NCBI GenBank assembly: GCA_051294375.1
Contig: JBJCIZ010000408.1
Location: forward strand, 28,559 to 92,558
Direction of reading: 5' to 3'
Source: Paraspadella gotoi
Taxonomy: Eukaryota > Animalia > Chaetognatha
Length of the DNA stretch: 64,000 nucleotides
This document shows positions 1-12,719 of this stretch, in pieces (position 1 is the first letter of the stretch; each line of letters opens with the position of its first letter). The position numbers and the translations under genes were made by a program. The notes under the pieces were generated by a model. That model searched no databases and was not told the DNA's origin. It saw nothing but the letters and a program-made list of their open reading frames with translations.

Positions 1-590
1 CATTTGTTTTGGCCGTAGTAACAACCATAACCGGCAAAGTAATACGGCAAGTAAAAAAAATGCATCGCTTACTATAGCATTACTAGCATCCAAATTGTTG
101 AACAAAAAAAATTTAAGCGTTTTTTAACAACAACATATGTATTGAATTTTCAAAACATAGCTTAGTCTTTACGTCATTTTACTTCTAATTTCTGTTTAAT
201 GATTATGTCAATACTGTTTTGAGGTTATTAATAAAAAAAAAAAAAAAAAATAAAAAAAAAAAAAATTTGGACAGAGTTTGAAAAAGATATCCGTACCGGC
301 ACATAAACTCTGGTATTAAATATGATTTGTTTAACTTTATTCATTATATCTCTTATTGATATAATTCAATTAATTCACATTACATATTTATTTGAGACCA
401 GAACTTGTATTGCCTAGCATTATATACAAAAAGTTTAAAGTATCTTGGCTAAATAACAATTTTCCTCTGAGATGCTCTGTGTCAGTATCTGTTAATACTA
501 AAATATGCGATTAATAAAAGTTTTTAGAGCAGAAGCGTCTAAAATACTAATCAGAATTTTTCAAAAAACAAACAATCGCGCAAGAGATAG

Positions 591-840
591 TGCGATGATT
601 GTCATTCATTAATGCGATGATAATCATTCATTGATGCGATGATAATCATTCATTGATGCGATGATAGTCATTCATCGATGCGATGATAATCATTCATTGA
701 TGCGATGATAATCATTCATTGATGCGATGATAGTCCTTCATTGATCGGATGATAATCATTCATTGATGCGATGATAGTCATTCATCGATGCGATGATAGT
801 CATTCATTGATGCGATGATAGTCATTTATTGACGCGATGA
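591..840. repeat. 22-bp tandem minisatellite (TGCGATGATA[A/G]TCATTCATTGA), about 11 copies
   Basis: Units start at 591, 613, 635, 657, 679, 701, 723 and onward, with few substitutions and no unique spacers. Confidence 0.95.
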
Positions 841-930
841 GTCAATTAGAGAGAGAGAGACAGAGAGTGTACGAACACTAGCGGGTTCGTGCGACTTCTA
901 AATCGGGAATCTAATTTGACGCCGTCGATC

Positions 931-966
<36 letters not shown>

Positions 967-1063
967 CTGCCCCGAAACGGCCACGAAATCCAGGCCAAGT
1001 AAGTTATTGTATTTTGGGATTTTGTATTGAGAAAAATGCGAAGAATAAATGGCGATAATAAAA

Positions 1064-1451
1064 GTTTTTAGAAAGAAAAAATACAATAGAATTTTTTGTC
1101 AAAAAACAAAAATCGGTCATACGCAGAATCGTACAGATGAGACGCAGACACACACAGAGAAGACGGAGGAGAGACGGAGAGAGAGAAAAGAGAGAGCGAG
1201 GACACTGAAGTCGTTTTTTAAACGATTCAGAAAAGGCAGCGCCTGATCAGAAAAAAAAATTTTAGAAAGAAAAAAATAATCAGTATTGTTCAAAAAACGA
1301 ACGATCACGCAAGAGATCGTACAGAGAGAAACAGACACACACAGAGAGAGACAGAGAAAGACGGAGAGAGACGGAGAGAGACGGAGAGAGAGAGAGAGAG
1401 AGAAAGAGCCTGAACTCGTTTTTAAACAATTCAGAAAAGGCAGCGCCTGAT
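1064..1451. repeat. ~200-bp tandem duplication with GA microsatellite
   Basis: TTTTTAGAAAGAAAAAA at 1064 and ~1259; TCGTTTTTAAAC.ATTCAGAAAAGGCAGCGCCTGAT at ~1211 and ~1416. Confidence 0.8.
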
Positions 1452-1584
1452 AAAAAAAATTTTTAAATTTTCTTTTTTATACAATAACAAAAAGAAAAAA
1501 AAGAAAGAAATATATATAATTTGAAGAAATAAAAGAAAGGCAAAAAATGTTACAATTGGTTACAATTGGAAATTATACAATTTT

Positions 1585-2145
1585 TTTCCAATCATAGCTT
1601 GTAAAAGATTTTATTTTTATTTGTATTAAAATTAAGATATAGCTTCTTATTAAAAAGGTTTTTTGATTTCACATGTTTATTATAGATTCAAAGATTTTTT
1701 TATGAATTTCATCTTCAATATTATTTACTGCAATATGTAAATTAGATTTTGTGATTAAACTTTGTTTCGTTATGTTTTGAGATATTTGAAATCAAAGTCT
1801 TGATACATCAACGATTTTATTTTTATTGATCAGACAAATTTCGACTTTCATTCAAGCACTGATTAAGGCTTGAATAAAAACCGAAACTTATCTGATCAAT
1901 AAAAATAAAATTGTTGATGTATCAAGACTTTGTCTTTAATTTGAAATAAGTAAATTAGATTAAAGTATTTCTATAAACTAATTTGGATATTATAATGAGT
2001 ACTATAATCTCATTTGCATATTGCAGTAAATCATAATGAAGTGGAAATTCAAACAAAAAATACTTAAATCCAAATGTAATATTTAAATTTCAAAGCTATT
2101 TCAAAATGAGAAGCCATATCTAAATTTTTAACTTACTATGATTGC
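1585..2145. mobile_element. Foldback/MITE-like long imperfect palindrome centred near 1862
   Basis: AAAGTCTTGATACATCAACGATTTTATTTTTATTGATCAGA (~1794) is the near-perfect reverse complement of 1891-1931. Outer arm pairs are 1704-1746 vs 2007-2050 and ~1630-1648 vs ~2110-2128. Confidence 0.8.
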
Positions 2146-2180
2146 ACACTTTTATAAAAATTCATCGTAATTCATAGTTC

Positions 2181-3317
2181 TTAGTCGGATCTGCTTATCA
2201 GCAGATCCCGACTCTATTAATTCACTTTGTCGGTCCGTCGGTCCGCCCCTCAATATGTTGGGCACTAACTATATTCATGTCAGACATCGAATTATGATAA
2301 ATTATGCCAAAAAAATTGATGTCCGTCCGTCCGTCCGTCCATTCCTACCATAGCACAAAACACCATTACTCCGTGATTGGATGGGATGGATTGAATAAAT
2401 TTTGTGTGTGGGTAGGGAATTGTCGTGATTGAGTGGGATAAAGTTCATGGAATCGTCCGAGTGGAAATGAGTTTAAACGGAAAAAACAAAAATATAATTC
2501 ACTATTTGAACACCAATTGCTCTATGAGTGGATGGGGCGATGACCTGGAATTTTTGTATGTTAAGTAGGAAAGTGTTTGTTGAACAGAGAAACCAGTTAA
2601 GATAGAATCATTTGAGTGGAAATGAGTTTAAATGAAAAAAACAAAAAACCTGTTTCACTAATTGATTATGATTTTTTTCCTTTTATATTAAATGTATATG
2701 CAGGATGTATTAATAAATCAAATAATTAATCAGTTAATTAATCAATTAGTCAATTAATTAACACTAATTAATTCAATCAGTCAATCAATCCTCCATCCTG
2801 CCCACCTTAGCAAAAGCCCCAATAACTCGTGATTGCGGTTGGATTGGAATGAAATTTTGTGTGTGGGAGAAAAATTTGTGATAAAGCTGGATATAAAGTT
2901 TCGACGGAATCGTGTGAGTGGATATGAGTTTAAATGGAAAAAACATAAGTCGGCATTTACAAAAATCATTTTACTTATTTTAGGCCAATAAATACTCTTA
3001 ATTATTAATAATTGGATGGATAGATTGTGTTCAAATTTTGTGTGTGGGTAGGAAAATGTGTGACGAAGCTTGATATAAAGTTTTCGGTGGAAACGTGACA
3101 AGCGGAATAAGTTTAAATGGAAAAAATATGAGTCACGATTTTTACTTGCAATCTTTATATTTTATGATTTACTAATAAATGTTTTAATTAATTAATTAAA
3201 TAATGTGAAAAAATGATGAAATTTAAAAAAAATTAATGCAAGTTGAAAAAATTATGCAAGCAGAAAAAATGATGCAAGTTAAAAAAATCTTAAAAGCATA
3301 AGCATCGTCGCAATTGC

Positions 3318-3349
<32 letters not shown>

Positions 3350-3496
3350 GAGAAAGAGATAGATATATGTTGCGATAGCAAAATGATAACATGCACGAAT
3401 GCGATGCCTAATTTTACGAGTTCAATCCTTTTTCAATTTTTTTTGTTTAATAAAAGTAGGGAAGTCTGGTGTTAAGCGTCAGAGATAAAAATTAGC
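2181..3496 (+). mobile_element. Helentron-associated (HINE/DINE-1-like) non-autonomous element, 5' part
   Basis: 5' TTAGTCGGATCTGC-TTATCA-GCAGATCCCGACT palindrome and (GTCC)n microsatellite at ~2320, followed by internal subrepeats. Runs into an N-gap and is duplicated at 4763 onward. Confidence 0.75.
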
Positions 3497-5898
3497 NNNN
3501 NNNNNNNNNNNNNNNNNNNNNNNNNNNNNNNNNNNNNNNNNNNNNNNNNNNNNNNNNNNNNNNNNNNNNNNNNNNNNNNNNNNNNNNNNNNNNNNNAACA
3601 TAAGTCGCATTTACTAAAATCATTTTACTTATTTTAGCCAATAAATACTCTAATTATTAATAATTGGATGGATAGATTGTGTTCAAATTTTGTGTGTNNN
3701 NNNNNNNNNNNNNNNNNNNNNNNNNNNNNNNNNNNNNNNNNNNNNNNNNNNNNNNNNNNNNNNNNNNNNNNNNNNNNNNNNNNNNNNNNNNNNNNNNNNN
3801 NNNNNNNNNNNNNNNNNNNNNNNNNNNNNNNNNNNNNNNNNNNNNNNNNNNNNNNNNNNNNNNNNNNNNNNNNNNNNNNNNNNNNNNNNNNNNNNNNNNN
3901 NNNNNNNNNNNNNNNNNNNNNNNNNNNNNNNNNNNNNNNNNNNNNNNNNNNNNNNNNNNNNNNNNNNNNNNNNNNNNNNNNNNNNNNNNNNNNNNNNNNN
4001 NNNNNNNNNNNNNNNNNNNNNNNNNNNNNTTTATTATTTATGATTACTAATAAATGTTTTAATTAATTAGTTAAATAATGTGAAAAAATGATGCAATTTA
4101 AAAAAATTAATGCAAGTTGAAAAAATTATGCAAGCAGAANNNNNNNNNNNNNNNNNNNNNNNNNNNNNNNNNNNNNNNNNNNNNNNNNNNNNNNNNNNNN
4201 NNNNNNNNNNNNNNNNNNNNNNNNNNNNNNNNNNNNNNNNNNNNNNNNNNNNNNNNNNNNNNNNNNNNNNNNNNNNNNNNNNNNNNNNNNNNNNNNNNNN
4301 NNNNNNNNNNNNNNNNNNNNNNNNNNNNNNNNNNNNNNNNNNNNNNNNNNNNNNNNNNNNNNNNNNNNNNNNNNNNNNNNNNNNNNNNNNNNNNNNNNNN
4401 NNNNNNNNNNNNNNNNNNNNNNNNNNNNNNNNNNNNNNNNNNNNNNNNNNNNNNNNNNNNNTAGCAAAATGATAACATGCACGAATGCGATGCCTAATTT
4501 TTTTTGTTTAATAAAAGTAGGTAAGTCTGGTGTAAAGCGTCAGAGATAAAAATTAGCGAATAAAAAAGTGGTTANNNNNNNNNNNNNNNNNNNNNNNNNT
4601 CATATTGCAGTAAATCATAATGAAGTGGAAATTCAAACAAAAAAAACTTAAATCCAAATGTAATATTTAAATTTCAAAGCTATTTCAAAATGAGAAGCCA
4701 TATCTAAATTTTTAACTTACTATGATTGCACACGTTTTATAAAAATTCATCGTAATTCATAGTTTTTAGTCGGATCTGCTTATCAGCAGATCCCGACTCT
4801 ATAATTCACTTTGTCGGTCCGTCGGTCCGCCCCCTCAATATTTTGTGGGCACTAACTTATATCATGTCAGAACATCGATTATGATAAATTATGCAAAAAA
4901 AATGATGTCCGTCCGTCCGTCCGTCCATCCTACCATAGCAAAAACACCAATTACCCGTGATTGGATGGATGGATTTGAATGAAATTTTGTGTGTGGGTAG
5001 GGAATTGTGTGATTGAGCTGGATATAAAGTTTCAATGGAATCGTCCGAGTGGAAATGAGTTTAAACGGAAAAAACCAAAAAATATAATTCACTATTTGAA
5101 CACCAATTGCTCATGAGTGGATGGGGCGATTGACCTGGAATTTTGTATGTTAGTAGGAAAGTGTGGTGATTGAACAGGAAAACAAGTTAAGATAGAATCA
5201 TTTGAGTGGAAATGAGTTTAAATGGAAAAAAACAAAAAACCTGTTTCACTAATTGATTATGAATTTTTTTCCTTTTATATTAAATGTATATGCAGGATGT
5301 ATTAATAAATCAAATAATTAATCAGTTAATTAATCAATTAGTCAATTAATTAATCACTAATTAATCAATCAGTCAATCAATCCATCCATCCTTCCCACCT
5401 TAGCAAAAAGCCCCAATAACTCGTGATTGGCCGGTTGGATTGGAATGAAATTTGTGTTGGGTAGAAAATTTGTGATAAAGCTGGATATAAAGTTTCGACG
5501 GAATCGATGTGAGGATATGAGTTTAAATGGAAAAAACATAAGTCGCATTTACTAAAAATCATTTTACTTATTTAGCCAATAAATACTCTAATTATTAATA
5601 ATTGGATGGATAGATTGTGTTCAAATTTTGTGTGTGGGTAGGAAAATGTGTGACGAAGCTTGATATAAAGTTTCGGTGGAAACGTACAAGCGGAAATAGT
5701 TTAAATGGAAAAAATAGAGTCACATTACTTGAATCTTTATTATTATGATTACTAATAAAATGTTTTAATTAATTAGTTAAATAATGTGAAAAAATGATGC
5801 AATTTAAAAAAATTAATGCAAGTTGAAAAAATTATGCAAGCAGAAAAAATGATGCAAGTTAAAAAAATCTTAAAAGCATAAGCATCGTCGCAAATTGC

Positions 5899-5932
<34 letters not shown>

Positions 5933-6101
5933 GAGAAAGAGATAGATATATGTTGCGATAGCAAAATGATAACATGCACGAATGCGATGCCTAATTTTTT
6001 TTGTTTAATAAAAGTAGGTAAGTCTGGTGTAAAGCGTCAGAGATAAAAATTAGCGAATAAAAAAGTGGTTATTTTACTCACTGAATAAAATACCTAAAAT
6101 A

Positions 6102-6694
6102 CTATCTAGGAAAAAAGTTAGAAACATTTTTTTTTTAAAAGTTCATTTATTCAATAAAAAATATACAAAACATGGGTAAAACATTCTCAATATTTGGTAT
6201 GCCCTCCCTCGGCATCGACCACTGCCTGCATTCGTCTGGGCATGCTCTCGTAAAGCGAATTGAGGTACGAAGGTGAAATGTTTTTTCCACACCTTTAGCG
6301 CAATTCAAGTCTATTGCTGATGAATTGTTGCGTCTTTCCCTCTTTTCTCAGAGCTACAATTGCACCTTTATGAACCAAAGAGAGGGGCTGTCTATTCGGC
6401 ATAACCAAATTTTAAAAAAATGAAAAAAATAACTAACTCAATTTGAAATAGAAACAAATAACTCAATACCAAGAATTGTGGAAACTAAAGGCGATTTTTT
6501 CCGCCATTTTTCACTTGAGGTAGCAATCTTATTTTGCCTCTAACTTCTATACGGTGGATCTACGAAAAAATGGAAGGAAGCAACTGAAAGGAAATTTAGT
6601 GTAGAATCTGAAACATCCTGATTTTTTAAAAATCGAGCAAGTTTTCGAGTAGATATCCTCAATTAAAAATGTTTCTAACTTTTTTCCTAGATAG
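6102..6694 (-). mobile_element. Internally deleted Tc1/mariner element
   Basis: TIR CTATCTAGGAAAAAAGTTAGAAACATTTT at 6102, with its reverse complement ending at 6694; TA target duplication at 6100-6101 and 6695-6696. Confidence 0.93.
6187..6402 (-). pseudogene. Tc1 transposase remnant (N-terminal HTH start joined to C-terminus)
   Basis: Manual translation: MPNRQPLSLVHKGAIVALRKEGKTQQFISNRLELR* then NISPSYLNSLYESMPRRMQAVVDAEGGHTKY*. SMPRR..AV....GG.TKY is the typical Tc1 C-terminus; the DDE core is missing. Confidence 0.9.
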
Positions 6695-7439
6695 TACTTA
6701 CAAAATACATAAAATTGATAAAATTATTATTCCGATAACATGTTCAATCACATGCAATATATCTAGTAAGGCGGGCCAAAATTGAACACTTTCTATAACT
6801 TCTAGTTCTCTCAAAAAAATTCCTTTTTCCTTCTACTACTAAATTGATTTTCAATGTAACTTTTTGAATTAGTTCATTGGGTTGTTGCACTTTTAAATAT
6901 TTATTAATATATAATAATTATATAAAGTTTTGACGGAATTGGTGCCAGTGAAATTGAGTTTAAATGGAAAAAACATAAGTCACATTTACTTGAATCTTTA
7001 TTATTAATGATTACTAATAAATGTTTTAATTAATTAATTAATTATTGTGAAAAAATGAAGCAATTTAAAAAAATTATACAAGTTGAAAAAATGATGCAAG
7101 TTAAAAAAATCTTAAAAGCATAAAGATCGTCGCAATTGCATAAAAAAAGAGAGATGGAGAGAGAGAGAAAGAAAAGGAGACATAAAATAAATAGAGGATA
7201 TTTGTTTGTTTTGATAAAATGTAAACAAAACATATTTAATAACTGTCCTGACCCAATTTTAAGGACATCGATGATGATAAGCTTTAAATAAATTTATAAT
7301 TAATTATTAAATATTAAAATTAATTAATTAAAATAATCGATTAATTAATTATTTAATTAATTAATTAATTTTCGTAGGCAGATCCGACATTGTTCAAACT
7401 TGTTTTTTTTTAACTGTAAGTCCCAGCCAAAACTATAAA

Positions 7440-7557
7440 AGCGTAGTATTTTTATAAGAAAAAAGTGTGACGACGATGACGACGACGACGACGACGACTA
7501 CGTCACAAAGAAGTGTCCCCTTCGCATTATCTCGCAAGATTCCTTGGCGAGATAAAA
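7440..7557 (-). mobile_element. 5' end of a second HINE-like family ((GTC)n core)
   Basis: On -: TTATCTCGC-CAAGGAATCTT-GCGAGATAA palindrome, then TTCTTTGTGACG and (GTC)n. Related + copies at ~23520-23640, ~41960-42065 and ~45175-45280. Confidence 0.6.
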
Positions 7558-7748
7558 AGAGAGAAAGAGAGAGCTAAATATAATTAAAAGAGAGAGAGAG
7601 AGAGAGAAGCTTGACAGTCGCTGGACAGCTGCTGGACAGCCGCTGCAGAGGTTTTTACACGAATCAGAAGCAGCAGCGACGGAGAAAAAGAGAGAGAGAG
7701 CGATATATGATTAAAAGAGAAAGACAGAAGCTGAACAGCCCCTTTACT

Positions 7749-7815
7749 CGTCCGGTAGTGCCCGAGGTAGCGCGATCTCCTCCCAATCCAAAGGATTCGG
7801 GTTCACGCCCTTCTG
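7749..7815 (+). mobile_element. tRNA-derived SINE head (degenerate)
   Basis: GTGCCCGAGG...CCTCCCAATCCAAAGG...GGTTCACGCCC resembles the tRNA-like head at 36861-36933 (A-box/B-box-like). Confidence 0.5.
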
Positions 7816-8049
7816 ATTCATAAAAGAAAAGCGAAAAAAAGTGAATAAAAATATTTTTTTAGTAAAAAAAAAGAGATAGAGAGAGATAGAGAGAGAGATA
7901 AAGAGAGAGAGAATGATAGAGTGAGAAAGAGAGAAAGAGAGAGAGAGAGAGAGAGAGTTTTCCCGCCAACGAGACGCATTATTAGGTCACTCTCGTTTAT
8001 ATCCGTTATCTGTTGCCTCGCAATGGCGGCGTGATCTCGGTCATGTTGA

Positions 8050-9354
8050 TTTTTAGTCGGATCTGCTTTCAGCAGATCCCAACTCTATAATTCACTTTGT
8101 CGGTCCGTCGGTCCGTCCCCTCAATCTTGTCGGGCATTCACTTATATCATGTCAGAACATCGAATTATGATAAATTATGCAAAAAAAACAATGTCCGTCC
8201 GTCCGTCCGTCCGTCCATCCCACCTTAGCAAAAAACACCAATTACTCGTAATTGGATGGATGGATTGGAATGAAATTTTGTGTGTGGGTAGTGAAGTGTG
8301 TGATTGAGCTGGATATGAAATTTCGATGGAATCGTTCAAGTGGAAATGAGTTTAAATGGAAAAAACAAAAAAATATATTTCACTATTTAAACACCAATTA
8401 CTCATGAGTGGATGGGGCGATTGACTTGAAATTTTGTATTTGAGAGGAAAAGTGTGTGATTAAACTGGAAATCTAGTTTCGATGGAATCGTTTGAGTGGA
8501 AATGAGTTTAAAGAGAAAAAACCAAAATCTTGTTTCACTAATTAATTAATTAATTTAATTAGATTAATTAATCTAATTAATTCATTTTTTTTATTTAAAA
8601 TCATTTCCACTCATACCGAACTTTATATCAAGCTTCGTCACACATTTTCCTACCCACACACAAAATTTGAACTCAATCTATCCATCCACATTATGATTAA
8701 TTAGAGTATTTATTGTTAAAATATGTAAAATGATTTTAGTAAATCGACTTATGTTTTTTCCATTTAAACTCATATCCAGTCACACGATTCCTCGAAACTT
8801 TATATCCAGCTTCATCACAAAATTTCATTCCGATCCAACCAGCCAATCACGAGTTATTGGGGCTTTTTGCTAAGGTGGGACGGATGGACGGATTGATTGA
8901 CTGATTAATTAATTAGTGATTAATTAATTGACTAATTGATTAATTAACTGATTAATTATTTGATTTATTAATACATCCTGCATATACATTTAATATAAAA
9001 GGAAAAAAATCATAATAATTAGTGAAACAGGTTTTTTGTTTTTTCTCATTTAAACTCATTTCCACTCAAACGATTCCATCGAAACTTTGTTCCTGTTCAA
9101 TCACACACTTTCCTCTCAAATACAAAATTTCAAGTCAATAGCCCGCATCCAATCACGAGTAATTGGTGTTTTTTGCTAAGGTGGGACGAACGGATGGACG
9201 GATGGACGGACATAATTTTTTTGGATAATTTATCATAATTCGATGTTCTGACATGATATAAGTTAGTGCCCGACAATATTGAGGGGGTGGACCGACGGAC
9301 CGACAAGGTGAATTATAGATTCGGGATCTGCTAATAAGCAGATCCGACTAAAAA
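8050..9354. mobile_element. Two truncated HINE copies in inverted orientation, 5' ends outward
   Basis: 5' end TTTTTAGTCGGATCTGC at 8050 and its reverse complement GCAGATCCGACTAAAAA ending at 9354; (GTCC)n at ~8193 and (GGAC)n at ~9185-9211; junction ~8540-8600. Confidence 0.8.
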
Positions 9355-10077
9355 TGGGATTGAGGTGCTCAAAGGCTGACCCGGAAACTCCCCAAAATGT
9401 CTGGTCAAGGATGAAAAGGGATATTTTACAGTATAACGCTATGACTGTCAACAAAATCACAAAAATTTTAAAATATATTTGGTGAGCTGAACCCTTCATA
9501 TTTGAGCAGCTTCTTCGACTCTCTCCCTCATTGCAGGGAGGTGATGCTGGAAGCAAATGATGGTCTGACAATGTATTAACTAACTGAGTCCTATAAAACT
9601 ATAAACTATAAACTATATCCTTTAAACTAACTATTAAACTTTTTTTGAGCAGATCTTTATAGTTAGTTAATGCAAAATTTAATCAATGTCATTCTAGTAG
9701 TTTGATCGAAACCGATTCTCGGTACAAAAAAAGGAAGATCATTTTCTAATATGAGGCCCTTTGTAATTTATTCTCTCCCAGAAAAACTGGTTTCCCTATT
9801 AATCAAGTGAGCTACTTCAATTGTTGAAATGGACCGCTCCCTTATTATATTATTATCTTATTAATAAAAAAAATCACTTAATGTACAAAACTTATCTGCT
9901 AACAAAAAAAAACAAATTTTTAACAACCAGACAGCCTCACTTTATGCTCAATTTGAGTTTTATTGTGGTCAGTTTATTTTAATGGTTTTAACATGTGGCA
10001 GGGACAATGTGAAACCAAATAAAGAAAGTCATTTTGCGATATGTAGTATAATTTGAGATTTTGTTTAAGTCTAATTA

Positions 10078-10530
10078 GGACTAAGCTCTGACGAAAAAAG
10101 CCAGAGGTTTTTTTAATATATTCTTTTACTGGCCAATGTAGAATGATGGTAATATTGCTATTGTTAAGTTTCCAAAAAATCCAACCATAAATATAGAAAA
10201 TATTAACCAAAATATTCAGAAAATCCACCCCTTCTTTGGAAGATTTTCGCCATAGAAAATTTGTCCTGAACCTGACTCCCGGTTGAAATAAAATGTAAAG
10301 AAAAATTTTGAGAGCCTTTCAGACATATGGCTATTGGATTCCTTAATTTTAAGTTTATTGTAAAATCACATATGTTAAATGCGTTTACATTGTATAGAAG
10401 TTGAGAAATCCCTTTGTTTTATATATAAAAATTGCGTTGAAAATATTTTTCAGAGTGGACCAGTTCATTTAAATCTGATAGTTTAATATCATAATGATGG
10501 TTATTTGACAAGAGAAAAAAAATGGCAAGT
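10078..10530 (-). mobile_element. Partial copy of the TA-target GGA...TCC element family
   Basis: Begins TA|GGACTAAGCTCTGACG; reverse complement of roughly 59050-59616. Confidence 0.75.
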
Positions 10531-12719
10531 GAATCAGTGAGAGGATAAGGCGGGCCGGTAATCGCACAAGGAGCGTTGAGAAAGAAGCTGCGAGACAGGC
10601 GTGCCCCTGCAGGCCGTTGCTAGGAACCCTGATCGAAGGTTAGAGGAAACCGAGCAACGAAATGGACAGATTAGTGCGCCGCAAGCAGAGATGTGGGAGG
10701 AGAAACGGGATGAAAGAACCCTGCAGGGTGTTAATAAAAGGATGGCTAATGGAAGGGGCTCTGAACAAGGCCCAAGCACCGGAGCGGTATATGTCCCGGC
10801 TATGAGAATCAATGATTATGCATCCTTACCAGACGGAGTTTAGTTCTGGCATGACGGAAGTCCTCGTGTGCAGAAAATGGACTGAAGTGCGAGTGGACCG
10901 GTCCAAGTAATGAAAGGCTCATACTTTTACGCCTCGAGTGCGATGGGCAGAGGGATCTGGGGTGTGAGTTTGAATGTACTATTACAATGCTCATGACTTC
11001 AGGGAATCGCGGTGGGTTCACAGGATGGCGGACTGTAATCTAAGAGGATAGTAGCTATTGAGGTAGTTAGGTGGAGTGCACGGCTGATGTCGATCATAAG
11101 GAGAGTATGTAATATGCACCGATTGTCACAATATTCTGTGGCCGACGGAGGAGATAAACCATCTCCCGGGGCCCAGCGCACCTTGGTAGTGCCAGAGATC
11201 AAAGCTTCGGTTTTTAAATCGAACGAGTAGCTATGGACATTAAGGTAATGGACAAAACATCGAGGCAGCTGGTTTTTGTAGCAATCTTGAAGCTAGGGAT
11301 AAGTGGATTATTTTAAAATCCAGATTTGTGGGTCACTGACAAATTATTGGAAGAATACACAGGAACAGGCTGAGGAAGTGTAAACGGCATAATATGGACA
11401 ACTGGTGTTGCCTATCCTTTGGCGCCAGTTTTGCCACATACGGGATTTGGCGTGCAATTCCGCCGGCTTCCAAAAGGGCAAAAATCGCCAATCTTTTCAA
11501 AAATTGGATGGGAATTCACAAAAGCCATACTGTCCTCTTTGCCATCCTCAAGAGTGATGGTTTGGGCAGAAGACAGATCCCGTCGAACCTAAACAACACT
11601 TTTGTATAACAATCCTATGGAGGTTGAGGCCCGAGTCAGGAGAGAATTGGGTGGTGAAGGAACATCTGATCTGTGGGGAGTTGACCCGGAAGGTTTCGGT
11701 TTTGCCATGAATGCCTTACTGCTTGTAAAATTCACAGGGTCAGGTCCATTTTCGAGGTCATTGGACAGGATGAGGACATGACAATGAATCGCCTCCAAGT
11801 TGTGTTGCGGCTTTCCGTTGGTAAAGTGGAACGTACTGTGTTACATGAGGATTTGCACTTGGGGCAATCGAAGGGTTACGCAGGTTTTGTTGCAATCGGA
11901 CAGTCTTAAAAGCGCAGTTGCACAAACCTCACTGACGTTAGAAAAAACTGTCTCGACAAAGGGCTTATATGATTTGCCGTGCTAGTACTTCGCTACTTTT
12001 CAAAGAATGGAGATAAGTACTATGATCGAAAATTTTAATAATTCAGCCTCCATACGTCCCGAATCTTTTTAGCGCCCGCACAGTTCTACAACGAACCCTT
12101 TGTCATCACTAGGACTGAGTGATGTCACTATACGGTCATACTGTACCACCAGCTGACAAGGGTGGACGGAACTCGGGCGGAACAATGGCCACGACAGAAT
12201 GGAATCGGCCGTGTGTCCACCTGGCGCATATGCAGGATCAAATTGACTGGAGGATTATTCCGGTCGAATCACTTACCGCGAAGAAGTTGAGGGAAGCGGA
12301 TCAAAATCAAGAGACCTTTCCGGCGAGAGAAAAGTCGCGTTCGTGCTAACGATATGATCTACTATAATGAACGAAATGAACGGCGATCTTGGTTTTAGAG
12401 TGATGGCTTGACTAGTCGAGTAAATAAATTAAATAGAAGGTTGGACCCAAAATAAGAAAAAATATGAAAGAGATAAAATTAAAGCCAATAAAAAAGACAG
12501 TAAGATCAGAAAACATAAACATAACGGCAAAACAGTAAACGCAAACAGAACCAGTAAGAGGCAATTGGGGGTAAAAATTCGCATTCGCCATATAACTAAA
12601 TAAAATAATAACTGGTGTCACATGCAAATAATAATAACGAGTAATTAACTTCGCTAGATAATAATAACAAGATCTTGAAACAAGAAGAGATAGAATATTT
12701 AAAGAAAGAATAAGATTAG

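Larger units (their letters stand above)
4763..7404 (+). mobile_element. HINE/DINE-1-like element with both ends (contains a Tc1 insertion)
   Basis: 5' T-run, subterminal repeat GTCGGATCTGC with adjacent inverted copy, and (GTCC)n at ~4906. The 3' subterminal inverted repeat GCAGATCCGAC at 7378-7388 is followed by a short hairpin and a T-run (full form GTTT-GCTC-AAAC seen on - at ~60211-60243). Confidence 0.75.

Noticed and set aside
591-840. CRISPR-like array
   Set aside because: Units are head-to-tail with no unique spacers; eukaryotic context and no cas genes
3668-4482. Long ORFs in the track
   Set aside because: They run through N-gaps (poly-X)
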